A DNA stretch of 64,000 bases from NCBI GenBank assembly GCA_973895155.1, contig OZ316897.1:10873832-10937831 (forward strand). Reading direction: 5' to 3'. The position numbers were made by a program, and so were the translations under genes. Origin of the DNA: Marsupella aquatica. Lineage: Eukaryota > Plantae > Marchantiophyta. Numbering within the stretch: position 1 is the first letter of the stretch; the number at the start of each line of letters is the position of its first letter. The notes under the pieces are model-generated. The model was not told where the DNA came from. It saw only the letters and a list, made by a program, of their open reading frames with translations, and searched no databases. Positions 36,322 through 50,300 of the stretch are shown one piece after another.

Positions 36322-36617
36322 CCCTGGGGAATCACTTAGAGTAAAACCCCTAAAACACGTGAGAACAATCCAATGAAATTTGAAAAAATAAATTAAAAAA
36401 TAAATTCAATTAAAAATACCCTTGTACCCTTGATTATATGGCTTTGACAAATTTTTAAATACCTTGCTGAATATAAAAACTAATATTTTTACCAAAATTG
36501 GATTTTTAAACGCCTTTAGTACAAATTTTTGATTATAATTATTACACCAACAAGATTAAAAAGAACCTTCATTTGTTCGCACCCCGTTCTAATAATCCAA
36601 CGAGTGATTCCCCAGGG
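36322..36617. mobile_element. 296-bp MITE, TIR CCCTGGGGAATCACT, 8-10 bp TSD (hAT- or Mutator-type)
   Basis: gatcagcc|ccctggggaatcact ... agtgattccccaggg|gatcagcc. Confidence 0.85.
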
Positions 36618-36748
36618 GATCAGCCCTCCCTAGAGGTCACTGGTCCAGCATGTAGGTGACTCCTAATTGCCCTCCCCCCCGCCCCTCCTCTGGCCCTTCC
36701 CCAAATCCATTCACCACAAGTTATGACCCGTGTTATGGGCCTAGAAAC

Positions 36749-37345
36749 TGTTAGATATTGCTCTAGTCTTGTGACTCATGAGCTAACTACAGTTAGGCTA
36801 ACTTGGGTTAAGACTTAGCTAATGTTAGCGGTAGTGTTGTTGTGCATATAGCCAGGGCTGATGCCAGACCCTGGTGAAACTTAGGTTCATTGTTACGGAG
36901 CTAGTTGAGAGATAGGGAGAGCTTATGCTATGGATGCTTGGTATGGTCGATCGGCCTAGAGTGCAGTAAAGCTCTTGTGTGTTCCCGTGGACATAGCCTT
37001 ATGTGGAGGTGAACCACGTATCTCTCTGTGTCGACTCTTGTGCGTTGGATGGTTCATGGGCTTGCCGTTACAAATGTCGTCTATGCTCAACAAGTGGTAT
37101 CAGAGCTTGTTGCCAAGGGGTTCACTTAGGAGAAAGGAGTGGACTACAATGAGGTCTTTTCACCGGTGACTAAGTATTCCACAATTCGGATCTTGTGTCA
37201 GCTTGTTGTGTTTTTTGGTCTGGTGATGGATCAGATGGATATTGTTTCTGCCTTTCTCTATGGCAACTTGGAAGAGTTGATCTTCATGAGACAGCCACTA
37301 GGCTTTATGAAGAAGGGCCAAGAGAACTTAGTTTGCAGATTGCGT
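36749..37345 (+). mobile_element. Truncated Ty1/Copia retrotransposon: 5' LTR (36749-37092, TG...CA), tRNA-iMet PBS (37095-37106), RT fragment
   Basis: ...ctcaaca a g TGGTATCAGAGC is followed directly by LVAKGFT*EKGVDYNEVFSPV...QMDIVSAFLYGNLEELIFMRQPLGF...VCRL. Confidence 0.9.
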
Positions 37346-38298
37346 AATCCTGGAAACACGTGCGCTTGCTTGAAGGGAGTTTTTTTATCCATTTCCGGCT
37401 AATAATTATAATTCAATTAGAACCAACCAACCCGCAACTTTATACAAATTATACCAACACCCACTGTTCGTCTAGAACAACCCCTATTTGGGTGCCGTCT
37501 CTGCTTCCCCACTTTCTATCTGTCACTCACTGACCACCTTACCCCCAAGACATGCTCATGGCCAAAATAGCTAGCTTGTCCCAAAGGTTGCCCTAAGCTT
37601 GTCCTAAAACGTCGGGACCAGAATGACCCTAACTCTAGCAACCAACTCCAAGGTTCCCACTCAACTAATAGTCTAAGGGCCAAGTACACTTGGAACTCAA
37701 CCTCCGTGTCTACTCTGCTTTGCCTCCCCAACGCAAGCTCCCATGGGAAATTGAACGCGGCTTGGCTACTATTTTTGGCAGGATTTGGCAAGCGGGCAAG
37801 ATAGCCCCCGCAAACCACAAAAATCCATGGCACCCTGAGACCCAGCTGAGCTCAAGAGAATATAGTCCTCCTCAAGAGCTCCAATAGACTTCCCGTTGAG
37901 AAGTTATCGTCGGATCCGTTTGACGTTTACATTTAGTGTCGCAACCACCACGGCTCACGACTTGGGCTCGCCTCTAGCCCCCAGGGAGACGCCACTCCTC
38001 TCATAAATGCTTCTGGGAACCCTCTCAATCTGGACTGCACCTAGACACATGGGCACACAACTAACTTAGTTGCTATGCCCATAACTTTCTAGCTAAACAT
38101 CCATAAACCTTAGCCCGTTACTTATTTTGGATAGCAACAAGTCCATCCTGGCTTCACAGGCAACCTTCCCTCACCCAATGCAAATTAAACACTTATTTCG
38201 TTTTTTCAATTTATTGAGGTCGTTCAAATGGCACTAGTGGACCCCGGAGTCCTGGACGTAATTTCCTAAGAAAGGTCCAGACGGTACATCGTGGTGCA

Positions 38299-38722
38299 TC
38301 GTTCAGTCAACCAATAACGAGTAGACGTTGTTCGTCGTGCCTTCCAATTCTCTCGAGAGTCGATTCTCCTCGTTTGGGGCTTTCCACCGATAGCTTGTTC
38401 CCCTGTCGGCTGAACCTTCCGTAATTCGTAAGTTCGTCTTGAACAGAAAAGCTCTGAGGAGAAATCTTTCTCTCTCGCCGGCTAAATACAGCTCCTTTCT
38501 GATCCCTAAACCGCTGTACATCGTTCAGTCAATCAATGAGTCGAGGTGGTTCGTCGTGCCTTCCAATTATTTCGATTCTCCTCCCTGGTTGGGGCTTGCC
38601 ATGGATAGGGATTTTCCCTGTCGCCGAACCTTTCCGTAATTCGTGAGTTCGTCCTGGACACAGAGCTCTGAGACGAAGTTTCTCTTTGTCAAAGGCGAAT
38701 TCAGCTCCTGTTTCGATCCCTA
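38299..38722 (+). repeat. ~220-bp diverged tandem duplication directly upstream of IRE1
   Basis: tcgttcagtcaa..ttcgtcgtgccttccaatt..ccgtaattcgt..cagctcct..gatccct at 38299 and again at 38521. Confidence 0.8.
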
Positions 38723-38938
38723 GTTTGATTCCTTCTGTAGGTGCCCAAAGCTCCTTTCTTTGGATCCGGGTTTTGCGCTTAACCCAAGTCGCCGGATAGG
38801 TGGGAGGGGCATTGAGTCGAACTCTTCTCTCTGATTCGGGTGGTGATTCGATTGGCGTGGCCGAATTCTTGGGTGAATTGGTTGTGTGCAGATTGGTGAG
38901 GGTGGGCAGTGACCAGCAGCAGCAGTTGGAGTGATGAA

Positions 38939-41900
38939 ATGGCGGTGTTTTGGCAAAGTGCTGCTGCAAGGGCAATGCGGATCGTGGCCGTTCTCGCTTT
39001 TCTGTTTATTGTAGTTAATGCTGTGGCATCACCAGCATCAAGATCAGGAGCAGTATTGGAGAATGCGGCGGACGAATCGGTCACTGAGTGGTTTGCCGAG
39101 GTTGTGCCGACCGATGCGTGGGTGCTCAACGATTCTCTCAGAGATCTCGTTGAGCGAACACGGTAAGTTTTCTGAAACTTTGAGAGGGAATTGACTGCCG
39201 TCGTTGGATGTGGCTGACAGTCATTGGCAGGAGCCTTGAATTTGGCTACTTCATTTTTATGGAATACTATTCTTCAGATAAGAACTGTGCTTCGTATTGA
39301 AATCTGATTCAATTTTGAAAAGATCCAAAATTGAGCTGTAAGAAATGGGGCACCATTTGGAATCCGCCTAATTCTGAGAATTGTCATTGGGCAGGTCCAA
39401 CACATACCTTGTGTCTTTTGATGATGGCACAGTGCAGGCATGGAGGAAAAAGTCGGATGTAGCGCTTTGGTCCTTTCCATCAGGGCCTCCTTTGACGTCC
39501 TTTCGCTCGTTTTCCGAGGACATCAAAGGAGAAGACGAAAACGAAGAGTATTGGAATTTGGAAGCGCCTAGAGTTTCTATTGAAGATGACGGTTTTATCT
39601 CAATTCACAATGTGCTCAATAGGACAAAGGTAGAATCCGTCGTATCAACTTGCTTCCATGGATGCCCTGTCATTTGTATCTGGTCCCCTAGTCCTTGCTT
39701 CCTCCATCCTCAAATTATTGAATATGCTCATATGCATGTGCACCTACTTCTCTTCTCAGGTATAATAGGTATACATGAGTGCTAGTCCACCGTTCGTTGA
39801 TTGAAATGCCTTTTTCGCAAAGAACTTGCACATCCTCTTGTGGGTAAAACTCAAGGAGTGCGACAGAGGCTGAGTGAGCCGGCAGTATTTCTTATGTCTT
39901 GTGAGTCCATTACCTCTGCATATGGCTTAATGATGATTTTGTTGAATCGTCGTTCGATTTGCAGACTTTGGGAATCACCCTTGAAGATTTACGGCAAGGT
40001 TTAGTTCACGTAAGGAGTGGAGAAATCATTCAAGTGGATCGTCACACCAAAGTTTTCCTCGTGGATCTAGACACTGGAGCTATCACGCAGGAACTTTGGA
40101 ACGGTAAGACCGAGGACCTGGAGCTTGACCAAGAAAGGAAGTCTCTTTTTCTCATCCGCACGGATTACACTGCCAAGGCAAGTAACCTGTCGGGAAGTGA
40201 ATTATGGAGTTTTTCTTATGGGGAAATCGGAACTCTAGTCACTGGTTTAGAAACCTCCAACCAAAATATGGCGTCTCTTTCATTGCTTCCAAAAATGCAA
40301 GTTTCATCAAATGGAGTTCCATACAAGATTGCACCTCCTTTGATACATCCTGCAGCCATAGTGGGACAGTCAGGTGCAAAAACCAAGAATCTTCCATCAG
40401 CCCAGAATAGGGGTCTAGCTCTTCCTGGAACCGCAGCCCCTGCATCTTTACCTCTACCGAAACCTTCCCACTCCCAGTGGGCAGATCGTGACAGTAGCAT
40501 TATGCCTTATGTTCACCCGTCTGGTATGCTAGGCATGCATGCTCCTGGAATGGTTGCCCCTCCTAAGCCTGCTTCTAAAATCTTAGCTGTTTACAGTACT
40601 GCAGCTGGCATCGTGATAATTGCAATTTTTGGCGTTATTTTCAAGATTTCGGTGAGGGCTAAGGTGCAACCTGTACCTCCTCCAAAGAAAAAGAAAGCAC
40701 GGAAGCCTTCTTCAAATGGCAAAGAAACACAGTCAAGTACGGCCCAGGAATCAGATGGATCGAGTAGGGAATCTAGAGCCAATCTGAAGCTCAAGTATGG
40801 TAGCGGGACACGAGTGGGTCGATTGTTTGTCACCAATGTCCTGATCGGCTGTGGGAGCCATGGGACCCTTGTGCTAGAAGGCTATCTGGATGACAGAAAG
40901 GTGGCTGTGAAGCGGCTCCTTGCCCAGTATTACGAGAAGGCACAGAAGGAAATAACGCTTTTAATCTCATCTGATGAGCACCCAAATGTGGTCCGATATT
41001 ATGCAACAGAGGAGACAGAAGATTTTGTGTACGTGTCCCTGGAAAGGTGCAGTTTTAGTCTGTATGACTTGATTCTTGCTCAGACTTCTCAAAACGCGGA
41101 GAAGCAGGTGAAGGAAAGCCTAGCTGGCAAAGGACTGAAACTTCGGAGTGTGGAAGACTTCAAGCTTTGGGACGAGAGAGGGCGGCCATCTGCACAATTA
41201 TTTCAGATTATGAGAGATATGGTAGCAGGCTTGGTACATCTCCACGCAGTTGGTATCGTGCATAGAGACCTGAAGCCGCATAATGTTCTTATTAGTAGTG
41301 GACGAATTATGCAGGCCAAGATTGCCGACATGGGACTGAGTAAACAGTTGGATGATGATGCAGTCTCATTTGACACTCAGCTTACAGGACATGGTAGTTT
41401 AGGGAGTCGAGGTTGGCAAGCCCCTGAGCAACTGTTGAAAGGAAGGGGCTCTCGGGCTGTGGATATTTTTAGTCTGGGTTGTGTATTATATCATTGTATA
41501 ACTGGAGGCAAGCATCCATTTGGTTCACATCTAGAGCGAGATGGAAACATAGCATGTGGGAAGATGGACCTGTTCCACATTGTTGACTTTCCAGAGGCTA
41601 CCGACTTAATAGAAAGTATGCTGGATTCTGAGCCAGCCAAAAGACCATCGGCACAAGATATCTTGCTGCATCCTTTCTTCTGGGATGCTGAGAAACGTAT
41701 GTCCTTCTTGAAAGATGCCAGTGACCGAGTAGAGTTGGACATCAAAGATCCCAATTCCGTGCTTTACGCAGATTTGGAAAGTCTGGAGCCGTCTGTATTA
41801 TGTGGCGGTTGGGATGCGAAGTTGGATTTCTCTCTACTGCAAAATATTCGAGGTTATCGACGGTATAACTTTAAAAGTGTGCGAGATCTGCTTCGGGTGA

Positions 41901-42367
41901 TTCGCAACAAGGCAAATCACTATAGAGAGCTTCCTGAGCCGTTGCAGGTATAGCACATCACTTTTTTGGTGCATCCCAATGTGTTTATATTGACTTCAAT
42001 ATATGCTTACCGTGTTAGTATGCTAAAATGCTGGCTTACCCGCTTACCATGTGTAATTGTAATTTATAAAAGGACATCAAGCGGACAAAATCATATCATC
42101 GATGTGAGGGAATCTTAGGTCATCCGTTTAGACAAATGCATACAACTGAATATGCGCTGGCTTTGTAACTTCTTCTCATTTGAATGGCTGCAGACTACGT
42201 TGGGATGCGTTCCGGATGGAATCGACGACTACTTTTCAACCAAATTTCCACGGCTTATGATCGAGGTCTACCATGTTATTGGATACCATTGTAGAGGTGA
42301 CACTTCCTTTGAGAAGTACTATTCAGCAAGCTACTTACCAAAATTTCCACCGCAAGAACCAAAGTGA
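38939..42367 (+). CDS. IRE1: Inositol-requiring enzyme 1 (ER-stress kinase/endoribonuclease); exons 38939-39162, 39395-39629, 39965-41947, 42194-42367
   Basis: Signal peptide, luminal motifs (LWSFPSGPPL, LIRTDY), TM followed by PPKKKKARK. Kinase GCGSHGT/VAVKR/HPNVVRY/HRDLKPHN/IADMGLSK/GWQAPE. KEN RNase SVRDLLRVIRNKANHYREL...YFSTKFPRL. All GT-AG phases are compatible. Confidence 0.95.
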
Positions 42368-43989
42368 CTGTAATTTATTGTTTCCTCAACTTCGTAGAGT
42401 CAAAAGTGTAAATAAAGTGTATGTATGTATAGATTTTTAAAAATTATTGGGCACAATCGTCCCTTCAATATCACTCAAAGAATGTGTTGATTTCAAGTGA
42501 CGCGAATGCAGAACTCGATTTCCAGGTGCGTCTTTACAAGCTGACCAAAGTCAATCAGAGTCCGGCCGATGCATACTATTAGAACTAGTAGACTTCTTTG
42601 TGACAAACAGATCCAGAATTTCGACAAAATGGGAGAAACTCTTCCAGCAGACCTTGTTGAAGAATTTTATAGCGTAGATGAGACTGACTTGTTTCTAATA
42701 ATCGGTAATTAAAAATGTGCCAGTCAATCCCCATACTTCACACCCAAATTTTCTGCATTATGGGTCATATTTGCAGCAATGGAGCAGTATTGAACAGTCT
42801 TTGTGGAAAGGATGCAGACAACGCAAGTGATTAGGAGCTAACCTCACATGCTCTGCATTGATCCGCGAAGGATTCCAGCAAAATTTTACGGGTCTTGGTT
42901 TGATGCTGACATTTTGATCATTTGCGTATGTGAAGAGTTCACAGTTCTTAGTATTGTATCCATCGTTGTCTGGTGTTACTGACATTGTAGAACTCGCGTG
43001 TAGCTTGTGATGACAGTAGCAATGCACCTGCAGATTTAAAAAGTGCTGGTCGAGTATTTAAACCCAATGGTGCTGGTGTTACAGACACTGCAATATGCTC
43101 AAGGATTAACAGTTCTGCACGGTTTCGTAGAAAGCTAGTAACAATTGTTGATATCTGAGTGGTATACAAAGCAAATCGTGGTAGTGAGTTGCAGAGTACC
43201 AAGTACGCATTGTATCAAGAACGACACTTGTGATGCACTGTCAAAGGTACTGGTATTACCCACCTGATAATAAAGAGGCTTGAATGAAGTTGGTTTTATG
43301 CGGCTCTTTTGCTTTTCAGGATATTCCTGTCTGCAATTAGCTTGCCAGGCAATCATGGATGTTAACAATAAGGTCAGAAGTGAATGCATCTGCATGCTTT
43401 AGAGTTTCAGTCTCATTCAGGAGAGAAAGATATGATCGTACTCGACAGTGGGTACGAGAAATTGTTTAGCAACTTCTGGAGACTAGGGGGATTGTCTCAG
43501 ATCCTGCATCCATGCATTGTCGACTTTGCTTTTGAGCAATGAAGAAAACTTCATGTCCCTATGCAGTAAATATATCCAAGTCCGGAACATTCATATTTTC
43601 ATGTTGCCAATTCAGCTCTGAAAATATGAGGAAAAAGTCCGTAAGGACAGAGATTTGCTTTCTTCTACAGAATGTTTCACCTGTGCACACATTGAAGGAC
43701 ACATGAGCCGCAGTCTAGATCTATTTCTATGCCAATTCACATTCTCAAAATCGTGTAACGGTAGAGCCTTGATTGTAAAAGAGTCCATTGGTCCAACTGT
43801 AATGAACGAATGCACGCACTAGTGTCCATGGAACCTTTGAGGAGACGTTCTGCTGTAATTTGGAGTACATTTTGATAACTAATCATCAATTCATATACCT
43901 CTACGCACAAGCTTGGCATGTCATGTACGGCCAGATCAAGCATTATGGAGAGCACACTTGGGGGCACACATCTCAGGTCCACAAAACAA

Positions 43990-44370
43990 TTTGGAGAAGA
44001 AAATTTTTGTGAACCAACCCACCCACCTAATACACATATCTTCCCATCGAGGACCCACACCATATGCCTTCTCTTGTCTTGGTTCTTGCATTCTTGCATG
44101 TTGTTTCCAATGCCTCTGCCCAGCCAGATCCATAAAGTTCACTTCTTCGCTGTCCACAAACAAGTCGGAGAAGACATTCAGCCCCGAAAACATAAATATT
44201 CACATCCATGACCCCACACAAGACGTCTTTTCTTGTCTTGGTTCTTGCATTCTTGCATGTTTGTTCCATTGCCTCTGCCCACCCAGATCCATAACATTCA
44301 CTTCTTTGCTGTCCTTGCAAGGCTTCCTCATTCCCTTCCCATAACAACCTAGAAACATGGCACGTACCAA
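43990..44370 (-). pseudogene. Frameshifted Kelch-repeat remnant (two ~160-bp repeats), possibly from an F-box/kelch gene
   Basis: Across frames: MDLGGQRQWNKHARMQEPR../CGVMDVNIYVFG../MDLAGQRHWKQHARMQEPR../VLDGKICVLGG, matching the Kelch consensus. Confidence 0.6.
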
Positions 44371-47300
44371 AGATCGCTTTGGTCACAAGAAGACTAAACT
44401 AATCTTCTTCTCTTCCGTCTCAACTATCTTGGGAACTCCTTCACCCTTGATCATCGGGTGCTCTCTAGAGTCCTAGCTCCACATTTTTGCTGTATATTCT
44501 CCAGAATCTGGTCATATTATTCTAGACTACCGGCCCTGGGATACAGGTGCTAGTTTCCAGATCCTACCACAACTGACTTCTCTTCGTTCAGTCAAAAAGG
44601 ACTGGCGAACGGACTTTCAGCATTATCATCTGCATTTTCTCCAAAACTCTAGATGTAGACTTTTCTTACAACAGGGGCACCATGGCACTGGACTTGAAAA
44701 TTGCTTTAATAATTCTGATGTCTTCACATGCTCAGGTTTAAGTTTGGACTAACACAATGCCGTGCCAACAAGGATTTTCCGTTCAATTGGGATAACGAAT
44801 TGACCTAAAGCATGTGATTCTCCAGGCAAGGCACTAGCACAATCCAACTTATCATGATTGCTTGGTCTAAAGACGATGACTCTGATTTGGTTAGCTTTCT
44901 GTTCGGCCAAAGAGAATGTGAATGTGGATTGCAGATGTCCACATATGGATCCCAATCAGAGAACAGGTGAGGTGATTTTTGAATTCCAAGATTGTACAGA
45001 AGAATCATGAAGGCGAGCCATTAGCATGCCAAGATACATTCCTTGTGACATTGGGTAAACCGACAGATAAGAGTCGTTTTTACTTCCAAGATTTCTCTAC
45101 AGAAGAATCATGGAAAAATTCAATGCCATGCCAAGATACATTCCTTGTGATCGATGGACAGCACATAATTAGCTGAACTGAAATGACGGAGTCAATGACA
45201 AACAAAACAGAGTAAAATTTGCGGTCATGTAGATGATGTGACACTAGCTGCACCACAGCAGCGAATAACTGAAAGATAAGATTCCGTGTGATTCAGGGGA
45301 CGAATCGGAAGGTATAAATTAAAGAAACGTTCATTGCTCCAAGCAACCATTTTTGTTCTTCTTTTTAAACATTAGCCAAGGTGGCTACTATTTTATCCTA
45401 CAGACAAGCACAGGTGTTATGGAATACTCTATCAATTATAGAGTACTTTCTGACTATTTCAAAGTATTTCCTGGCTAACACTCCCCAATAGTGCATCAGG
45501 TGGTGGTTAATGAAACAGAAATTTTTAAATTTCAGCCTAAGTATCATTAGCATTCCTGTTTCTTAGGTAATTGATTGGCTAATTTTTGCCCATAAAAAGG
45601 GTGGGCTCAAAGGCAACCCATATTGTTCTTCCCTGTCACTTGCTGAGGTCAAACTACTGTACTGGAAAATCAAAAGGTAAATTAGTTCGTGGACCCCCAC
45701 CTGTTTTGATTGAGATTGAAAAGTAAATAGTTATTGATATAGATAAATGTGTTATACAATACTGTGTTATATCTAGAGCGACATACATTGCGAGGGAGGG
45801 CAAGACAACGATCTAGAGCGAGATACATTGAGAGGGAGGGCACGACAGAGCCCGAGTAGGACAGATCCCGTATAGTTCAAAGGCTCCATAGGGAGACGAA
45901 TTGCGAGAGACATTGCGAGTGATTGACCGTCAGCAGCCGGAAGCAATGGCACCGGTGCAGCTGAAGCTGCGTAAGGCATTGGGGGTTGTGAAAGATCCAA
46001 TCGTAAACTCATCGCGTTACCTTCTCGGGGGTTTCACTTCCACAAAAATGACATATCACATGCGTCGAAGGATAGGGTCATTTTATTGGTTCTAAGGGAA
46101 GACTTAAGAATTTTTGTAGAAGAACAATAGGGTCTTTTAAATTCAATTTTGAGACATATAAGAACATTAGGGTCTTATTAATCCAATTTTTAGAATATTC
46201 CAACTTTATAGGGGTTAATTTTTTTAAAAAATTCTTACATTTTAGGGGGTCCGAGGCCTAAAAACGTTGCAGGTGATGGGGAGGTCCCCATATAGTGAGA
46301 CCCATGAGGTTACCTTTCAATTTTTGCCTTTTGAAACTTTCTACGACTTTGGAACGAGCAGCACAAGTTGCAAGCAAGGTGGTAGTCAGAGCTACCTGTG
46401 GTGGTTGTGGATTTCTCTCCTTCTCACTTCTACAGGGAACGGTTTCTCTGATCTCTTCTGGCAATTTCGATCGTGTACTGTCCTTATGAATTGTTTGCGA
46501 TTCTTCCTTGGTTTAGTGATTGGTTTCTCCTTCAATGAATCTAGTTCTTCTTGTCTATTTGCGCCCCTCGAGTGCCTGGAAATTTCTCAGCGCCTCCTCT
46601 CTTGCTTCAAAAAAAATCTCATCTCTTTCACTTGTAATCGACACAACGAGAAACGGCAACCTCGAGTTTAAGCAAATCGTGATCTTTTGATTATGAGCCT
46701 CGTTTCATTCACATTTTTAGTCCAGAATATCTTGCTGTCTGGAATAATTCTTTCTCCGTTATACGCAAGACTTCAATTCGTAGCCTTCGCAATTTTGTCG
46801 AGGGTTGGTTGTGCCTTTAATTCGAAAACATTTTTCTTGACAAAGCATTTTATGAGGTGCTCCGCTTTTTCTGTTACCACAAAAAGCGAGAAAGGGCCAG
46901 GGAAAACAAAGGGGGGAGCGTAACTAATTCCTGAATTCCTTCTTCTTTCTGCTCGATCAGCATACAGTCTCTTCGATTCCTTTCGGTGATTTTCGCTGTT
47001 CCCTTTCGCCTCGGTTCTTACTGGCTTGCTCTTTGGAGTCTCCGGGAGTTGGCGCTCAACTTTGCAATTGCTGTCGAGAAATGAAGTTGGTAATTACTTT
47101 CTCAGGCAGCAAGATTTAATTACTTATTACTTATTGGGGAATTGAACCACAAATTCAGAAATTGAATCACAAATTCAGAAAGAGGGTGGGCAGTTGGTTA
47201 CTTGGGGTAAAAAAAATGGTTTACGTACGGGCCCACTACTAATTCAAGAGTAGGTTACTTAGGGTAAATAAAATGGTTACTTTTGAAATATTTTTACATC

Positions 47301-50300
47301 AAGGTTTACGGCATGGTGTCCTCAATTTTACCAAAATCCTGCCACAAACACGAATGTTGAAGTAATTTCATTTTCTAAACCAATCTGTACCTATTTGTAG
47401 CGCGTCATGATGATACGGCGTGCTGTGGAGTCTCGAATTTTGGAAGGGACCTTTAGTGGGGTCCGTAATAATGATCTCATCCAAGGATAAAGGTCAGAGT
47501 AGGGACTAGCTGGAACTTTCTGAGTACTGTAACACTGGGCATCTTACCCTATGTGGCATTCCAAATAGCATGAGACAGCCAAGATTGTCCCATTTGGACG
47601 CCTCAAAACTTAATATTGCTGATGATGGCTTTTGGTCATTAACAAAATAATGGTCATGGCTTTTTTCATAAGATTACATAAAACCCTTCTTTTTTATCAG
47701 GAGCCCCTACATTGACATATGGTCATGGCATATGACCAATCTTTATGACAAAAAGTTACTATGGATGATGTCTTTGGAAGTACATAACTTTTTCTGTCCA
47801 TAACCTTAATGGCTAAGTTAAGGTCCATCAAATTTGAGGTTTGAGCCCCTTTTGTGCCATTTTATATTTTAGGGCACCCAATTTTTTCATATGTAATAGA
47901 ATCATCTGGGCCATTGGGAAGCTGTTGTGAATAGTAAAATTTCTTTGATGCACGGTTTGTGGGTGTTCTGACTGTTATCTTGAATTTTCACACATTTGGA
48001 ACTAGGTGAAATGTATTGCAAAAGATACACAGAGGTATTTTATATGTTTGTATGATTATGTGTCAACATCAAGGTCCATACCTGACTGCACACAGATCTA
48101 AAAGGTCATAATATGACTGTGAGAAATGTTTCCTAAGCAGAGGCTTCTCATGGTGCCATAAGTGCCACCTGCCCAAAATACAAAAGGAAACCCCAGTTAT
48201 CCCCTCAGTGGGGTTCACTGGGAAATAAAGGAGGAATATAAGTGTTTTTTCCTGAGATGAAAGGAAAAGAAAACGTAAAAGTGACACTAGGAGGCCAAGA
48301 TTGAACCAGTCCCATACTTGGAAGAAAATAGTTAGACAATTCAAAGGTGGGTTAATCATTGGTCTGTGTTAACATGAACATAAAGCCTGGATGAACTGCA
48401 GGATTTCCTCACCTCATTAGTAAGAAATTATCATAAATAATGATGATTCATCATTAATAATTTTGCCCATCCCCTGGATTACTTAAAGTCATCAGCCAGT
48501 TTACACGGGAAAGAAAAAATGACTGGTTGCTTTTGGAAGGACACAGACTGGTCTAGTTTTTCCAAGCACCCTGGCTGACCAACCATGAAATGCTGTTTTT
48601 TTGGCAGACTTGTGCAGCATTTATGTGGACAAGTTGTGGACCTTTGTTTAATCTCCAGCACTTTCTTTGACGTCCAATCTATAACCTCAAAAAGTTTGAG
48701 ATTTAATTTTCTATGAATCATTTGCTGCATTATCACAAAAATAATCAAATATTATAAACCAACTGCCAATGGACATTTTACTTTTTGGAAGTGCACTCTG
48801 AGTAGTATGGGCAGGAGTGGCAAAGCTTTGTGTAGGACAACCTGAGTAGTTTGAGCATAATCAATCATAACTTATCAACGGGTAGACTAATTGAAGCCGT
48901 CTGCAAATGGTCAACAGGAGCCCGTTTATTTATAAATCACATTTCGTCAAACTGTAATAGGTACTACACATCCTTTTAGACTTTCTAGGCCATTCCATCC
49001 CGGCTTTGGAAATCCATCAAACCTCTCAGTCGATCTGGGCTTTATTTTTGTGGTAACATGGTTGCTAAATTAAATCAGTAATCACATTTCACATTGTGTT
49101 GCCATTGCTCCATTTAGTCTAAGCACAACACACAAAGTTAGTCGCATACAATGGGATCATCTCTCTCATATGAGAGAAGAGTTTGCCACAAGACTTATAC
49201 TAGTGGGAAGGGGTGACATAATTTTATGATTTTTTCCAACGACAGTAGTGTGCTATTCCATCTTAAACACTGATACACCAGTTCTGTCCTTATGTCATGC
49301 AGCCCTTTGGGCTAATAACTCACCTTGACACATCAATGGATCTTACTTGGTACTATTTCCTAAATGCAAAGCAATGATTAAATCCTCACGGCCCACAAGT
49401 CGGAGTGATGCCACCTAGAGCTCATGGGCTAGCAGGTCATGAACTTGAAACACTGACAAATTTGGCCACGAGATATTCTCGTTTTTTTGGTCGGTTTTGG
49501 GCAAACACCTTGAACACTGAAAAATCGGATGAGTACAATTTTTTTCTATCCTGCAGCTCAGTATGACGCATATTGCAAACAAAGTCAGGGTAGGTTTTTC
49601 ATTCGAGTCTGAGGTGGGGCTAGGCCAGCTGCAAGGCCTTTCTAGTACTAAGGTTCCTTTTGGCTTTTGTAGTTGTTGTCCCATCACCTACTGTAGTAGG
49701 GATGGCAGGTGATGGGACCTCACCCCACTTTTATCGAAACCAGAATGATTGAATTTAGCCCTCCGTGCCTCTTTTCCAAACAAAATTAAAAAATCTAGAC
49801 CTTGGCTTACACGTTGTGAATTTTTTCAATCTTACACAAATAAATCAGGTTTATTCAGTCCTAAACATTGATGCAGTCTGCTCAGTATACCATTATCTCA
49901 ATTCTAGTCTTAATCTAAATTATAAATCAGATATGTCTTTTCTAGTCATGCAGCGTGATTTCAGATGTAAAACAATGGATGACGGCCCTCTGCCATCAGG
50001 GCAATCAGGACGATGCCCAATGTATAGTTCCTGTAGATAATAAATAGAAACTGTGCACCCAGCATAGACTAATTAGTTAGGAGTATTTCCGGTGACATAA
50101 TAAATGATGCGTAGTCCATGGGGGAGCATTTCGGCTAACTTAGCAGTCCATTTCGGCTTCATTTTCTGGCAAACACCTGACAAGGTTTTTTAGCGGCAAC
50201 ATTTTGCCAAATTCCACCTCGATCAGAATCATTTTCCACTTTTGGCTGAAAGTAGAGGGCCTCAATGGCCAGTTTCCCATCACACGACAGGTCCATTAGC

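Noticed and set aside
38310-38330. ERSE-like CCAAT...ACG element upstream of IRE1
   Set aside because: Spacing and second half do not match CCAAT-N9-CCACG or CCAAT-N10-CACG.
42760-47050. Larger minus-strand multi-exon gene around the Kelch remnant
   Set aside because: Coding-like patches (42760-43400, 46310-47050) contain stops in all frames and could not be joined into a model.
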